Shown: in pieces, positions 19,705-29,444 of the stretch
Numbering within the stretch: the stretch's first letter is position 1
Layout of the letters: each line of letters begins with the position of its first letter
NCBI GenBank assembly: GCA_963722395.1
Contig: CAVRLS010000013.1
Span: forward strand, 299,603-363,602
Origin: an uncultured Acidobacteriota bacterium
Lineage (GTDB): Bacteria; Acidobacteriota; Vicinamibacteria; Vicinamibacterales; CAVVIG01
Direction of reading: 5' to 3'
DNA length: 64,000 nucleotides
Made by a program: the position numbers and the translations under genes
The notes under the pieces: generated by a model
What the model was told of the DNA's origin: nothing
What the model saw: the letters and a program-made list of their open reading frames with translations, nothing else
Databases searched by the model: none

Positions 19705-20787
19705 AGACGCCGTCGCTCGACGCGCTGCGGCGGCATGCCGTGGCCCGGAGCCTCTTTCCGGAGACCACGCTGCAGCGTGCGCTCGACACCTTCGGCTTCG
19801 TGCAGGCCGATCCGATTCGCGCGCCGGCGCGCGCGCAGGACCTGACACTGCGGCACCGTGTGAAGGGCTACCGTGCCGGCGTGCTCGAGCAGCGCTACGC
19901 CACCTTGCGCGTGGAAGAAGACTTCTTCATCAACTACGGCTTCGTGACGCCACGCCTGCACGCGCTGATGCATCCGCGCGGTGTGGCCGGGTGGCCCGCG
20001 GCCCGCCGAAGGAAGGCCGAGCAACTGCTGGCATTCGTCCAGACAAACGGGACGGTGCATCCGCGCGAGGTGGAACAGCACTTCGCACAGGGCCGTGTCA
20101 TCAACGACTGGGGTGGGTCGTCGCACGCCACCACGCACCTGCTGGACAAGATGCACTATGCCGGACTGCTGACGGTGGTACGGCGCGAGAGGGGCGTGCG
20201 TGTGTACGGCGCGCGTGCAGCGCAGCGGCCGGCGGCGGACAGCCCGGATGCCGACGCGCGACTCGATGCGCTTGTCGATGTGCTCGTGGGCAAGTACGCG
20301 CCGCTTCCGGGGCAGACGCTGTCCACGCTCGTGCGCCGGCTCCGCTACGCGGTGCCACAACTGCGCGCGCGCATTGCTCCAGCGCTGCAGCGTGCGACGG
20401 CGCGCCTCGGGCATGCCCGGCTCGACGGCGTCGATTGGTACTGGCCCGCGCACGAGCGGCCCGGCCAGAGCGAGGTCGATAACCAGGTGCGCTTCCTCGC
20501 CCCATTCGATCCCATCGTCTGGGACCGGCGCCGGTTCGAGCTGTTCTGGGGCTGGGCGTATCGCTTCGAGGCGTATACACCGGTCGCAACTCGCACGCTC
20601 GGCTACTACGCATTGCCGATGCTGTGGCGCGACCGCGTGATCGGGTGGGCCAATGTGAGCTCGGGTGAGGGAACACTGCGGGCGCAGGTCGGATACGTAT
20701 CGGGCCGGGCTCCGGCGGCGCGGGGGTTCGCGGCGAGCGCTGGATGCGGAACTGGAGCGGCTGCGGCTGTTTCTGGGGGTGGGCTGA
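19701..20787 (+). pseudogene. Winged-helix DNA glycosylase, AlkZ/YcaQ-like (DUF1006); one frame change near 20722
   Basis: GTG overlaps the preceding stop. FGFVQADPIRAPARAQDLTLRHRV...FDPIVWDRRRFELFWGWAYRFEAYTP...GYYALPML. The C-terminus RRALDAELERLRLFLGVG is only in frame after a shift at a GGGGG run. Confidence 0.7.
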
Positions 20788-20792
20788 CGGGC

Positions 20793-21326
20793 TCAGCGGA
20801 GGATCGTAGCGCCGGCCATCCCCGGAGCCAGCGTGCTGCCGTCGGCTTCGAAGTAGAGCGACCCGCGTGCGTCGGTCGCGAACGAGCGCTGGCCGCTGAC
20901 GCCGATGGAGACGGGATGTGCTTCGGCAAAATAGCTCGACACCGCGTCCTGCACCGCGCCATTGCACGTCCTGGCAGCGGGTGTGACGGTGGCCGCCGAG
21001 ACGTCGGCAACGGCGTTCATGATGTAGCCGCTCTTGCTGACACCATTGGCGGAGACGTCGGGGGAGATGAAGAGCTGCGCAGAACCGATCGCAGGCTTCG
21101 AGAGGTCGTCGAGTGACTGCGCGTAGCCGCCGCCGCCGCAACTCGACGCGTAGGTCGATTCCGCCGCGTTGATCGTGCGGAGCGAACCGATGGCGGCCGA
21201 CTCGAGGCTGGCGATGCGCGCCCGCAGGAGTGCAGGGACGGCGACCGCCGCGATGATCCCGATGATCGCCACGACCATCAGCAGTTCGATCAGCGTGAAG
21301 CCCTGGTTCCGGCGAGGTGTAGACAT
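20793..21326 (-). CDS. Prepilin-type N-terminal cleavage/methylation domain protein (type IV pilin / T2SS pseudopilin-like)
   Basis: MSTPRRNQGFTLIELLMVVAIIGIIAAVAVPALL is the canonical G|FTLIE prepilin motif. Confidence 0.85.
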   Translation of the reverse strand: MSTPRRNQGFTLIELLMVVAIIGIIAAVAVPALLRARIASLESAAIGSLRTINAAESTYASSCGGGGYAQSLDDLSKPAIGSAQLFISPDVSANGVSKSGYIMNAVADVSAATVTPAARTCNGAVQDAVSSYFAEAHPVSIGVSGQRSFATDARGSLYFEADGSTLAPGMAGATILR

Positions 21327-21407
21327 GGTTCGGCTGAGTTCCCTGGTCGACTTATCGGACGGGAGGGTGTTGAACAATATCGTCCGTCTGCGCGTAGCTG
21401 CCGGCCA

Positions 21408-23138
21408 TCAGGTCGGCGCGGCTGCACCCGCGCAGGTGACCGGACGCGCACCGGGGTAGGTGACGCGCGGCGGCAGGGTGAGGCGTTCGGCCCCCCACGG
21501 GCCGCGCAGCCGGCCGATGGTGGCGGCCATTTCGTCGCGCAGCACCTGCCCGTGCTCGATCACACGCACCGGCATGACGGGCGTGAGGAACCCGTCGCCG
21601 CCGGTAGCGAGAAAGTCGGTCGTCACCACCGTGAGCACCTCGTCGTCGCTCACCAGCCGTCCCGACTCGCGGCGTAGGGTCACCGAGACGTGCCCGCCGC
21701 CACACCGTGCCGACGACCGGATGCCCGACAGCACCACCATGCTGCCGCGCACCTGCATGTTCGCCGCGACGACCGTCCGCAGCTGCGCGCCGGACAGGGC
21801 GATGGTGACGCGCTCGTTGTCGAACGGCAGCAGCTCGTAGAGTGCGCCGAAGGTGAGCGGACCCTGGCGCAGGTTGGCCCTCAGCCCGGCGCTGTTCGTG
21901 AGCGCCGCGTCGGCGCCCGGGACGATGGCGCGCATCCAGTCGGCCTGCAGGTTGCCGGCGGGGCTTTCGGAGGAGTCGGCATACGGTAGGGGCGCGGTGA
22001 TCGCGGCGCCGAGCGGTTTCTCTTTCAGATGATTCGCGGCCTCGACCGCTGGCTGCAGCAGGGCGGCGATGCGCGCCGACGGCGTCACGATCCGTCCCGC
22101 GTACTCGGCCGGCGCCGCGTTCGCCGCGTCCGGCGCCGCACAGCCGGCTGTGCCCGATGCAACGCGTGCGCACAGGTCCTGCGGCTGAAACAGGCGGTGC
22201 GCCTGCGCACGTCCGGTGGCGCGGTCGACGATGAAGTCGATGCGACCGAATGCGCGCCCCCTGGCGTAGGACTGGATGATCGGCACGCCGTTCACCTCGT
22301 GGGCAATCGGATCATGACGGTGGCCCGCCACGATTGCATCGACCAGCCCGTTGGGGAGCTTGCGAGCCACCTCGAAAATTTCGGCGTTCGGCTCGCATGA
22401 CGTCAGGTCGTGCGGGTCGAGCGTGTGCGTGCACTTTCCGCCGGAGTGCGCCAGGGCGATGACGATCGTCGCGCCGCGTTGACGGAGCGCCAGCGCCTCG
22501 GTCTCGAGCGTCGGGGCGACGGGTGCCACGGCGAGCCCCCTTACATTGGCCGCCACGGTCAGCGAGAGTGCAGGCTCGGTCAGCAGGCCGACGATGCCGA
22601 CGCTGACGCCGTTGAGGGTGAGGATGGTGGACGGCGTGACGTTCGGCCAGGTCACCGGCTGGCCGGTGGCGGCTTCGTGCAGGTTCGCCGCAAGCCACGG
22701 AAAGCGTGCCTGCCGCAGCCGCGCCTCGAGCGCGCCGCGGGGGTTGTCATCGGCGGCACGCGGTGTGGACGCGTCGCCCTCTGGTCCGTAGTCGAACTCG
22801 TGGTTGCCGATGGCGGCGGCGTCATACCCGAGCGCGTTGTACGCATCGACGACCGTCGCGCCCTCGTTCAGGTTCGATTCGAGCGTGCCCTGGAACAGGT
22901 CGCCGGCATCGAGCAGCAGCACGGCGCCGGCGTCGTGCTGTCGCGCTGTCCGCAGGTTCGAGAGGTAGCCATCGAGCAGCGCCAGGCCGCCGTTCCCGTC
23001 CACGTCGAGCATCGCGCCGTGCAGATCGTTGGTGCCGACGAGCGAGAGCGTGAAGGTGGTGGCGGGGCGTAGGGCGCAGCCGGAGAGGCCAAGCGCCACG
23101 CTGCAGGCCGCAGCTGCGGCCCGCACGGTCCGGTTCAT
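21408..23138 (-). CDS. Bifunctional metallophosphatase / 5'-nucleotidase, lipoprotein
   Basis: MNRTVRAAAAACSVALGLSGC lipobox. GTNDLHG, DAGDLFQG, GNHEFD and the 5'-nucleotidase C-domain. Its ATG overlaps the stop of 23135-24217 (ATGA). Confidence 0.85.
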   Translation of the reverse strand: MNRTVRAAAAACSVALGLSGCALRPATTFTLSLVGTNDLHGAMLDVDGNGGLALLDGYLSNLRTARQHDAGAVLLLDAGDLFQGTLESNLNEGATVVDAYNALGYDAAAIGNHEFDYGPEGDASTPRAADDNPRGALEARLRQARFPWLAANLHEAATGQPVTWPNVTPSTILTLNGVSVGIVGLLTEPALSLTVAANVRGLAVAPVAPTLETEALALRQRGATIVIALAHSGGKCTHTLDPHDLTSCEPNAEIFEVARKLPNGLVDAIVAGHRHDPIAHEVNGVPIIQSYARGRAFGRIDFIVDRATGRAQAHRLFQPQDLCARVASGTAGCAAPDAANAAPAEYAGRIVTPSARIAALLQPAVEAANHLKEKPLGAAITAPLPYADSSESPAGNLQADWMRAIVPGADAALTNSAGLRANLRQGPLTFGALYELLPFDNERVTIALSGAQLRTVVAANMQVRGSMVVLSGIRSSARCGGGHVSVTLRRESGRLVSDDEVLTVVTTDFLATGGDGFLTPVMPVRVIEHGQVLRDEMAATIGRLRGPWGAERLTLPPRVTYPGARPVTCAGAAAPT

Positions 23139-24217
23139 CGCGGCGCTGCCGCCTCTTCCCGTTCGCGCGCCCGTGCCCCGCGCAGGACGTTCTCCATGGC
23201 GTGGTTGCCTTCGTGGCAGGCGTACTCGTAGATCAGGTCGTCGGTGGCGACCCACGGGTACTCGCCGGTCCAGGGCTGGTCCCAGGTGTCGGGATCTTCG
23301 ACGGTGAACCGGTACAGGATCGTCTTCGCATCGAGCTTCGTAAAGCGCTCGACGATGTGGAGCTTGTTGCTCGACCCCTGAAACTGCGTCTTGTCGGTGA
23401 AGTTGGTGGTGTCGACCACCAGCGTCTGGCCCTCCCAGCGGCCAATCGAGTCGCCGTTCCAGCGCCGGATGTGCGGCGGCAGGTGGGTGCCATTCAGGCG
23501 GATGACGCGGGCATCGTGCACCATCTCGTTGAGGATGGTGATCGTGGTCGGCGTCTGCACGATCTGCTTGAGGTTGTTGTAGAAGTAGTTGGGCAGCGTC
23601 GGCGGACCCGAGGTGGAGCCGAAGCCAAGGAGGCAGCGTTCGGCCAGGGGGCGGGCCTCGGGATTGTCGAAGGCCGTGGGCGGGCCGGCGCTCGCAGACG
23701 ACTCGTCGGCGCCCGGTGCGGCGGCGCGGCGGGCGTAGGCCGCGTTGCGTTCACGGGCCGACGCCTTCATCGCCGGAATGCGGCCGTCGGGCGGGTCTAC
23801 CAGAATCGAGGTGCGGTACTCGCCGTTTACCTTGAGGACCGTCGAGCCCATGGCGACCCAGAACTGGTTGTAGCCGCCGACCACGCCGCCGCCACCGCGC
23901 CAGAGCTGTTCCAGATACGAGGTGGTGGCGGACGTGTCGCCACCGACCGGGGGTGCCGCGCGGTTGGGGTCGTCCGGGGCGGCGGCCGTTTCCTGGCGCT
24001 TCGCCTCGTAAGCCTCCATCGCCCTCGCTTCCTCGAGGGTGAGCTTCGCCCGGCCCCTGAACTCGGCCGGCCGTTCGAGCGGGGTCATCGTGGCCACGTC
24101 GTAGGTGCCCTGCAAATCGGGCACGCTCTGACCCTGAGTGGGGATGGCTATCACGAACGGCAGCGCGACGGCCAGGGCCACCGCACATCCGCATCCCTTC
24201 CAGACTCGCTGCATCAT
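23135..24217 (-). CDS. Secreted protein of uncharacterised family (paralogue A; PDLxG ... YEYACHE motifs)
   Basis: GAGGAG RBS and signal peptide MMQRVWKGCGCAVALAVALPFVIA. Motifs PDLQGTYDVATMTPLERP, GGYNQFW, ERCLLGFGSTSGPP, RRWNGDSIGRWEGQTLVVDTTNF, VEDPDTW, YEYACHEGN. Confidence 0.8.
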   Translation of the reverse strand: MMQRVWKGCGCAVALAVALPFVIAIPTQGQSVPDLQGTYDVATMTPLERPAEFRGRAKLTLEEARAMEAYEAKRQETAAAPDDPNRAAPPVGGDTSATTSYLEQLWRGGGGVVGGYNQFWVAMGSTVLKVNGEYRTSILVDPPDGRIPAMKASARERNAAYARRAAAPGADESSASAGPPTAFDNPEARPLAERCLLGFGSTSGPPTLPNYFYNNLKQIVQTPTTITILNEMVHDARVIRLNGTHLPPHIRRWNGDSIGRWEGQTLVVDTTNFTDKTQFQGSSNKLHIVERFTKLDAKTILYRFTVEDPDTWDQPWTGEYPWVATDDLIYEYACHEGNHAMENVLRGARAREREEAAAPR

Positions 24218-24427
24218 GGGGGCTCCTCGCAGCCCGATTCTACGGCCAAACCGTGCGTGGGGCGACGTCCAGAGAATTGGATTCCGCCGGATGGACGACC
24301 GGGCCCCGACGTTTTCGCGCGATTTCACGATTGATTCCCCGAGCTCACGGTGCCGATACTTCCTAGCTGCTATCCGGGTCATCGCTGTGCCCGGCCTGCA
24401 GAGTCGCAAATATCGGGAGGATCTTGA

Positions 24428-27400
24428 ATGAAGATTGGTTCCATTCGGAAGGCGCTGCTCATTGCGCTGACCGCCCTGTGCCTCGCGCCCGTCGCGGCGC
24501 ATGCCCAGAGCACGTTCACTGGCGTGGTCAAGGACACCTCGGGTGCAGTTCTGCCCGGCGTGACTGTTGAGGCGGCAAGTGACGCACTCATCGAGAAGAC
24601 GCGTTCGGTAGTCACCGACGCGGACGGTGGTTACCGCCTCGTCGACCTGCGGCCCGGCACCTACTCGCTGACGTTCTCGCTGGAAGGGTTTTCGACCAAC
24701 CGGCGTGAGGGCATCGAGCTGTCGTCGGACTTCACGATGACGATCAACAGCGAACTTCGGGTCGGTTCGCTCGAGGAGACGCTGACGGTGACCGGCGCGG
24801 CGCCGACCGTCGACGTGCAGAGCACGACGAAGGCGCAGGTGCTGAACCGCGAAGCGCTCGACGCCATTCCGACCGGCCGCACCATCCAGGGCATGGGTCA
24901 GCTCATCACGGGCATCTCGCTGAATCAGCCGGACGTGGGCGGTTCCAAGGCGATGCAGCAGACCTACATGTCGGGTCACGGCGCGGGTGCGTCGCAGACG
25001 ACCGTGCAGGTCGACGGCCTCATGGTGAACGGCCTCGACGTCGACGGCGCGGTGCAGAACTACTTCAACAGCTCGATGAGCCAGGAAATGGTCTACACGA
25101 CCTCCGGCGCGGCGGCCGACGTGGCCGGCGGCGGCATCCGTCTGAACCAGATTCCGCGTGACGGCGGCAACACCCTGAGTGGCAGCCTCTTCCTGGGTTA
25201 CCAGAACGAGAGCTTCCAGGCCGACAACGTCACCCAGAATCTGCGCGACCGGGGTCTGACCGCGTCCGACGGCATCGAGAAGCTGTACAACATGGAAGGC
25301 GCGCTGGGCGGCCCGATCAAGAAGGACAAGGTCTGGTTCTTCGTGTCGGCCCGCAACTTCGTGCTGAACACGCTCCCGGCCGACACCTTCGTCGGCATCC
25401 CGGGCACCGGCGGTCTGAATCGTGCCCCGACGGCGAGCACCGAGCGCGGCGTCGATGCCCAGGATATCAAGAGCATCCAGGCGCGCATCGTGTGGCAGAT
25501 GAGCCAGAAGAACAAGCTGGCCGTCTACAACGACCGCATTGCGAAGAACCGCGGCGCGGCGATGACGGCGGGCTTCGACCCGGCCACTGCCTCAATCGTC
25601 TGGAACTCGCCTATCTACACGGTGGGCTCGGTGAAGTTCACGTCCGCGGTGTCGAGCCGCCTGCTGTTCGAGACCGGGTTCTCGACCAACTACGAGCGCT
25701 ACAACACCATCTATCAGGACGGCATCGAGCGCGAGCGCAACTCGCCCGAGTGGTTCACCACCATCCACCGCTCGGACAACGCGCTGCAGACCTCCTGGGG
25801 CGCGGGCACGGGACAGAACGGGCATGTCGCCCGACCGCTTCGCGTTGATGGCGGCACTGTCCTACGTCACCGGCGCGCACAACATCAAGGTTGGCGTGCA
25901 GGATACCTGGGGACGGTACAACTACTGGCGCAACGCCAACGGCGACCTCCGCGCCGTCTTCCAGAATGGCGTCCCGTTCCAGGCGACCATCCTGAACACG
26001 CCGCTGGCCTTCGGCGACAAGCTGAAAGCAGACTTCGGCGTGTTTGCGCAGGACTCCTGGACCATCAAGCGCCTCACCGTGAACTACGGGGCGCGATGGG
26101 AATACTTCGACTCCGCGGTTGCGGATGCGGTGTCGCCGGCCGGCCGGTTCGTGACCGCCCGCCAGTTCGACGAAATCGACATGCCGACCTGGAAGAGCCT
26201 GGCGCCGCGTGCCGGTCTCGTGTATGACCTGTTCGGTAACCAGAAGACGGCGCTGAAGTTCAGCGCGGGCAAGTTCATGCAGGCTGGCACCACCGGCTTC
26301 GCGAACTCCTACAATCCGCTGTCACTGCTGACGCAGGCCGTGTCGTGGACCGATCTGAACGGCGACCTCACCCCGCAGGGTCAGCTGGGATGCACCTACC
26401 TTCAGCCTGGTTGCGAGCTGAACCTCGCTCAGTTGCCGGCAGGCTACGGCTCGCGGAACCTCGGCGTTCCCGCAGCCGACATCAAGCGCATGTTCAATGT
26501 TGAAACCAGCGTTGCGCTGCAGCATGAAGTCATGCCTGGCGTATCGGTGACCGGTGGCTGGTACCATCGCGAGTACTTCAACCTGCGCCGCCGCACGAAC
26601 GTGCTGCGTACCTTCGCCGACTACAACGAGTTCACCGTCTACAACCCGATCGACGGTGCGCCGATTCAGTACTTCACGGTGAAGCCGGAGAAGCTGAGCG
26701 CGACGTCGACCGAAGACCAGAACGCCCCCGACCGCACGATGAAGTACAACGGGTTCGAGTACAACTTCAACGCGCGTCTGCCGCGTGGGATCTCGCTCTT
26801 CGGCGGCGGCATGATCGAGCGCATGCTGACGAACACGTGCGATGAAATTGCTGACCCGACGCGGCTCCTCTACTGCGACCAGTCGCAGAACGATCTGCCG
26901 TTCCGGCAGCAGTTCAAGGTGGCCGGCTCGATCCCGCTGGCCTACGGCGTCAACGTCGGCGTGGCGCTTCAGAGCCTGCCCGGCTACCTGAACGGCACCT
27001 CGGCACAGTACGCCCTCACAGGCGTGTCCGGCCCGAGCGGTATTACCACCAACAACCCGCCGCAGGGTGAAGGCACGATTTGGCAGATCACCCGCACCAC
27101 GCGCTACGCAGCGAACCACCCCTGCGTTGCGGCGGGCAGGTGCCAGGCCAACGCTCTCGTGAACCCGAACATCACGGAAGCCGCTCTTCGCGTTCCGCTG
27201 GTGGCCCCGATGACCGAGTACGGTGACCGCATCAACCAGCTCGACGTGAACATTTCGAAGACCGTGCGCTTCGGCCGGATGACTATCCAGCCCAAACTCG
27301 ACATCTTCAACATGCTCAACGTCGCGCCGGTCTTCAGCGTCCGCAGCCTGCTCTTCGGCACGCCCGCCTACAACCAGCCCTCGGCGGTGCTCAATCCGCG

Positions 27401-27434
27401 CACCTTCCAGTTGGGCGCCGTCGTCAGGTTCTAG
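24428..27434 (+). pseudogene. TonB-dependent receptor with N-terminal CarboxypepD_reg domain (TBDR1); single frame change near 25820
   Basis: GGGAGG RBS and signal peptide. GVVKDTSGAVLPGVTVEA...DLRPGTYSLTFSLEGF, plug and barrel segments, terminal aromatic ...QLGAVVRF. Length is 3n+1, and the two long ORFs (24428-26227, 25824-27434) overlap. Confidence 0.85.
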
Positions 27435-27515
27435 GCGCGCTCGCCTGACACGTCCGGCTCGCCCAATCGTCGGGCTGGCGGGCAGGTCAGGCAGGCTAGC
27501 CGGGTGAAAAGGAAA

Positions 27516-27552
27516 GGGCGGCTTCTCGTCGGAGAGGCCGCCCTTTTTTTTT
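27516..27552 (+). terminator. Rho-independent terminator (bidirectional-looking) after TBDR1
   Basis: GGGCGGCTTCTC-GTCG-GAGAGGCCGCCC hairpin followed by T9. An A-rich tract lies upstream. Confidence 0.6.
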
Positions 27553-27780
27553 CCAGACTCTCTCGCCCTTCTCGCGTGCTGCTGACCTGCGCATCGCAAC
27601 GGGCCGTGCTACTCTGTGATCACCGTCGCAGGCGCCGATGCGTCGCGGCGCAAACAAAGGCTCATTAGCGACCCCACGCCTTCAATTCCGAGGGCACTCA
27701 AAATTGGTCGCGGCCGGGAGGTGCATGCATGGCAGACACCACCGGGAGTAGTCGATAGACGCTCCCAGCTGAGTGGGAAG

Positions 27781-27813
27781 GGCCGGTGGGAAACCACCGG
27801 CCTTTTCTTTTTT
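27781..27813 (+). terminator. Second Rho-independent terminator with no annotated upstream gene
   Basis: GGCCGGTGG-GAAA-CCACCGGCC perfect 9-bp stem followed by TTTTCTTTTTT. Confidence 0.55.
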
Positions 27814-27910
27814 CGACAAACGCCCTCCAGACGCTCCCGACCTTAGGCCCAAACGGCTCGCGGTTTGCTCTGTCGGCCGCGGCGCACGTGGCTGCGCACG
27901 GAGCGAACGC

Positions 27911-28186
27911 ATGACAGACATCAGGTTCCAGAGTTTCGAGGACGGGGAACTAGCCGACATCTGGTACGCCCTCGGCGGGGCGGCCATCCGCCACACCGAC
28001 CACTTCAAGCCGCTGATGGACGCCGTCGCCACCGAACTGCTCGATCGCCGCGGCGTTGGCCTGAACCCGTGGCTCGAGGAGCGATACCGGCGATTCCGCC
28101 TTGCGGACTCGCGCGAGGACGCGTCGGCCAACCTGGCGGTCTCGCCCGAGGCGAGGCCACCAGAGGACCCATCGGCCCGCCGGTGA
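27911..28186 (+). CDS. Small hypothetical protein (91 aa)
   Basis: MTDIRFQSFEDGELADIWYALGGAAIRHTDHFKPLMDAVATELLDRRG... has a plausible globular composition. No family recognised. Confidence 0.4.
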   Translation: MTDIRFQSFEDGELADIWYALGGAAIRHTDHFKPLMDAVATELLDRRGVGLNPWLEERYRRFRLADSREDASANLAVSPEARPPEDPSARR

Positions 28187-28260
28187 CCGCGGACGACGCA
28201 GCGGGAGGGAGAGCCTGCTGGTGTCACGTCTACCCATGGCCGTGGCAGAATGCGGTCGTG

Positions 28261-28866
28261 ATGCGACCCACCACACTGCTGCTGCTCAGTGCCCTGGTCA
28301 CCGCTGCGTGCGGCGGCGCGCCTGAAAGTTCGACGGCTCCGGTTGAGCCCGGCACCGCTCCGGCAGAGCGAGCCTCCGCGCCGCTGTCCGGCGAACGGCC
28401 CACTGCCATGGCGACAGGCACACCCGGCGACGTGCGACGCGGCGACGGCTCGACCAACCTCGACACGACACCGGTCAGCGCCGCCGATTACGCCATGTAC
28501 GCGGCCATCATGAGCGGCGCCTCGGCGATGCTGGCGAACCTGAGCACGGCCGACCGCGAGGCGCTGGAACTGGCGAAACGGGTGGACGCTGGCACCGCGA
28601 GGCCATCAGCGGCGAACCAGGCGCTGCTGGCGCAGGCGCGAGCACTGCGGCAGAAGGACCTCGAGCTGGCAAGGCTGCAGGGGATCGAGGCACGCTACCG
28701 GCAGGTGAAGGGGAAGATCGAGGCGGTCATCGGGCCCGACGCGCATCCACCGGCCAGTGATGTCGAGACGGAGAACCTGCGCTTCCTCGAGGCGCACCGA
28801 GCCAGCATCGAGCGCGTGCAGAAGATCCTGCGCGACCCGTTGAACCGTCCGGCGAACCCGAGCTAG
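28261..28866 (+). CDS. Lipoprotein, hypothetical
   Basis: MRPTTLLLLSALVTAAC lipobox, then a low-complexity linker and a helical C-terminal half. Confidence 0.6.
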   Translation: MRPTTLLLLSALVTAACGGAPESSTAPVEPGTAPAERASAPLSGERPTAMATGTPGDVRRGDGSTNLDTTPVSAADYAMYAAIMSGASAMLANLSTADREALELAKRVDAGTARPSAANQALLAQARALRQKDLELARLQGIEARYRQVKGKIEAVIGPDAHPPASDVETENLRFLEAHRASIERVQKILRDPLNRPANPS

Positions 28867-28876
28867 CCGCGCTCAC

Positions 28877-29302
28877 TCAGTCGTCGCCGCCGGTGCGACC
28901 GCGCGTCGCCTTCACCGTGCCGCGCTTCTTCTTGGTGTCGATCCGCCGCTCCTTCGACGCCCGACTTGGCCGCGTCGCTCGGCGCTTCTTCGGCCGCTTC
29001 TCCGCGGCTTCGAGGAGTGACGCCAGCCGTGCTCGCGCCGCCTCTCGGTTCTGCGCCTGCGTGCGGAATTCGCGACTGTCGATGAGCAGCACGTTGCCGG
29101 CGACCATCCGGCTTCCTGCCAACGCGATCAACCGCGCCTTCATCTCTGCCGGCAGCGTCGACGCCTCGACGTCGAACCGCAGCTCGACGGCGGTCGCCAC
29201 CTTGTTCACATTCTGACCGCCGGGGCCCGAGGCTCGCACGAACCGCTCGTCCAAGCATCGTTCATCGATGCCCCATGGTGCCAGGTCGAGCAGTTCGCCC
29301 AT
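28877..29302 (-). CDS. arfB: Alternative ribosome-rescue factor ArfB (peptidyl-tRNA hydrolase, YaeJ family)
   Basis: ERFVRASGPGGQNVNKVATAVELRFD (GGQ motif) plus a basic C-terminal tail KRPKKRRATRPSRASKERRIDTKKKRG. About 141 aa. Confidence 0.85.
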   Translation of the reverse strand: MGELLDLAPWGIDERCLDERFVRASGPGGQNVNKVATAVELRFDVEASTLPAEMKARLIALAGSRMVAGNVLLIDSREFRTQAQNREAARARLASLLEAAEKRPKKRRATRPSRASKERRIDTKKKRGTVKATRGRTGGDD

Positions 29303-29444
29303 GCGACCACGATACTTCATCGTGATGAGGGCGAGCGGCACGAACGAAGTGGCGCTGGGGGAGGGAGGCAGGCAGACAGGAGCGCCGGCGAGGACACCGG
29401 GTGTGGGACGGCCGCGGCTGCCCCACACCCGATACGGACGCTTG

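Noticed and set aside
24218-24979. N-terminal ~250-aa extension of ORF 23135-24979
   Set aside because: The extension is R/G/H-rich junk and runs into and antisense to the TBDR1 start. A GAGGAG RBS, an ATG and a signal peptide at 24217 give a length matching the paralogues.
27616-27846. 76-aa ORF between the two terminators
   Set aside because: It translates to R/G/P/S-rich sequence, has no RBS, and runs through the second terminator hairpin. The interval is more plausibly non-coding.
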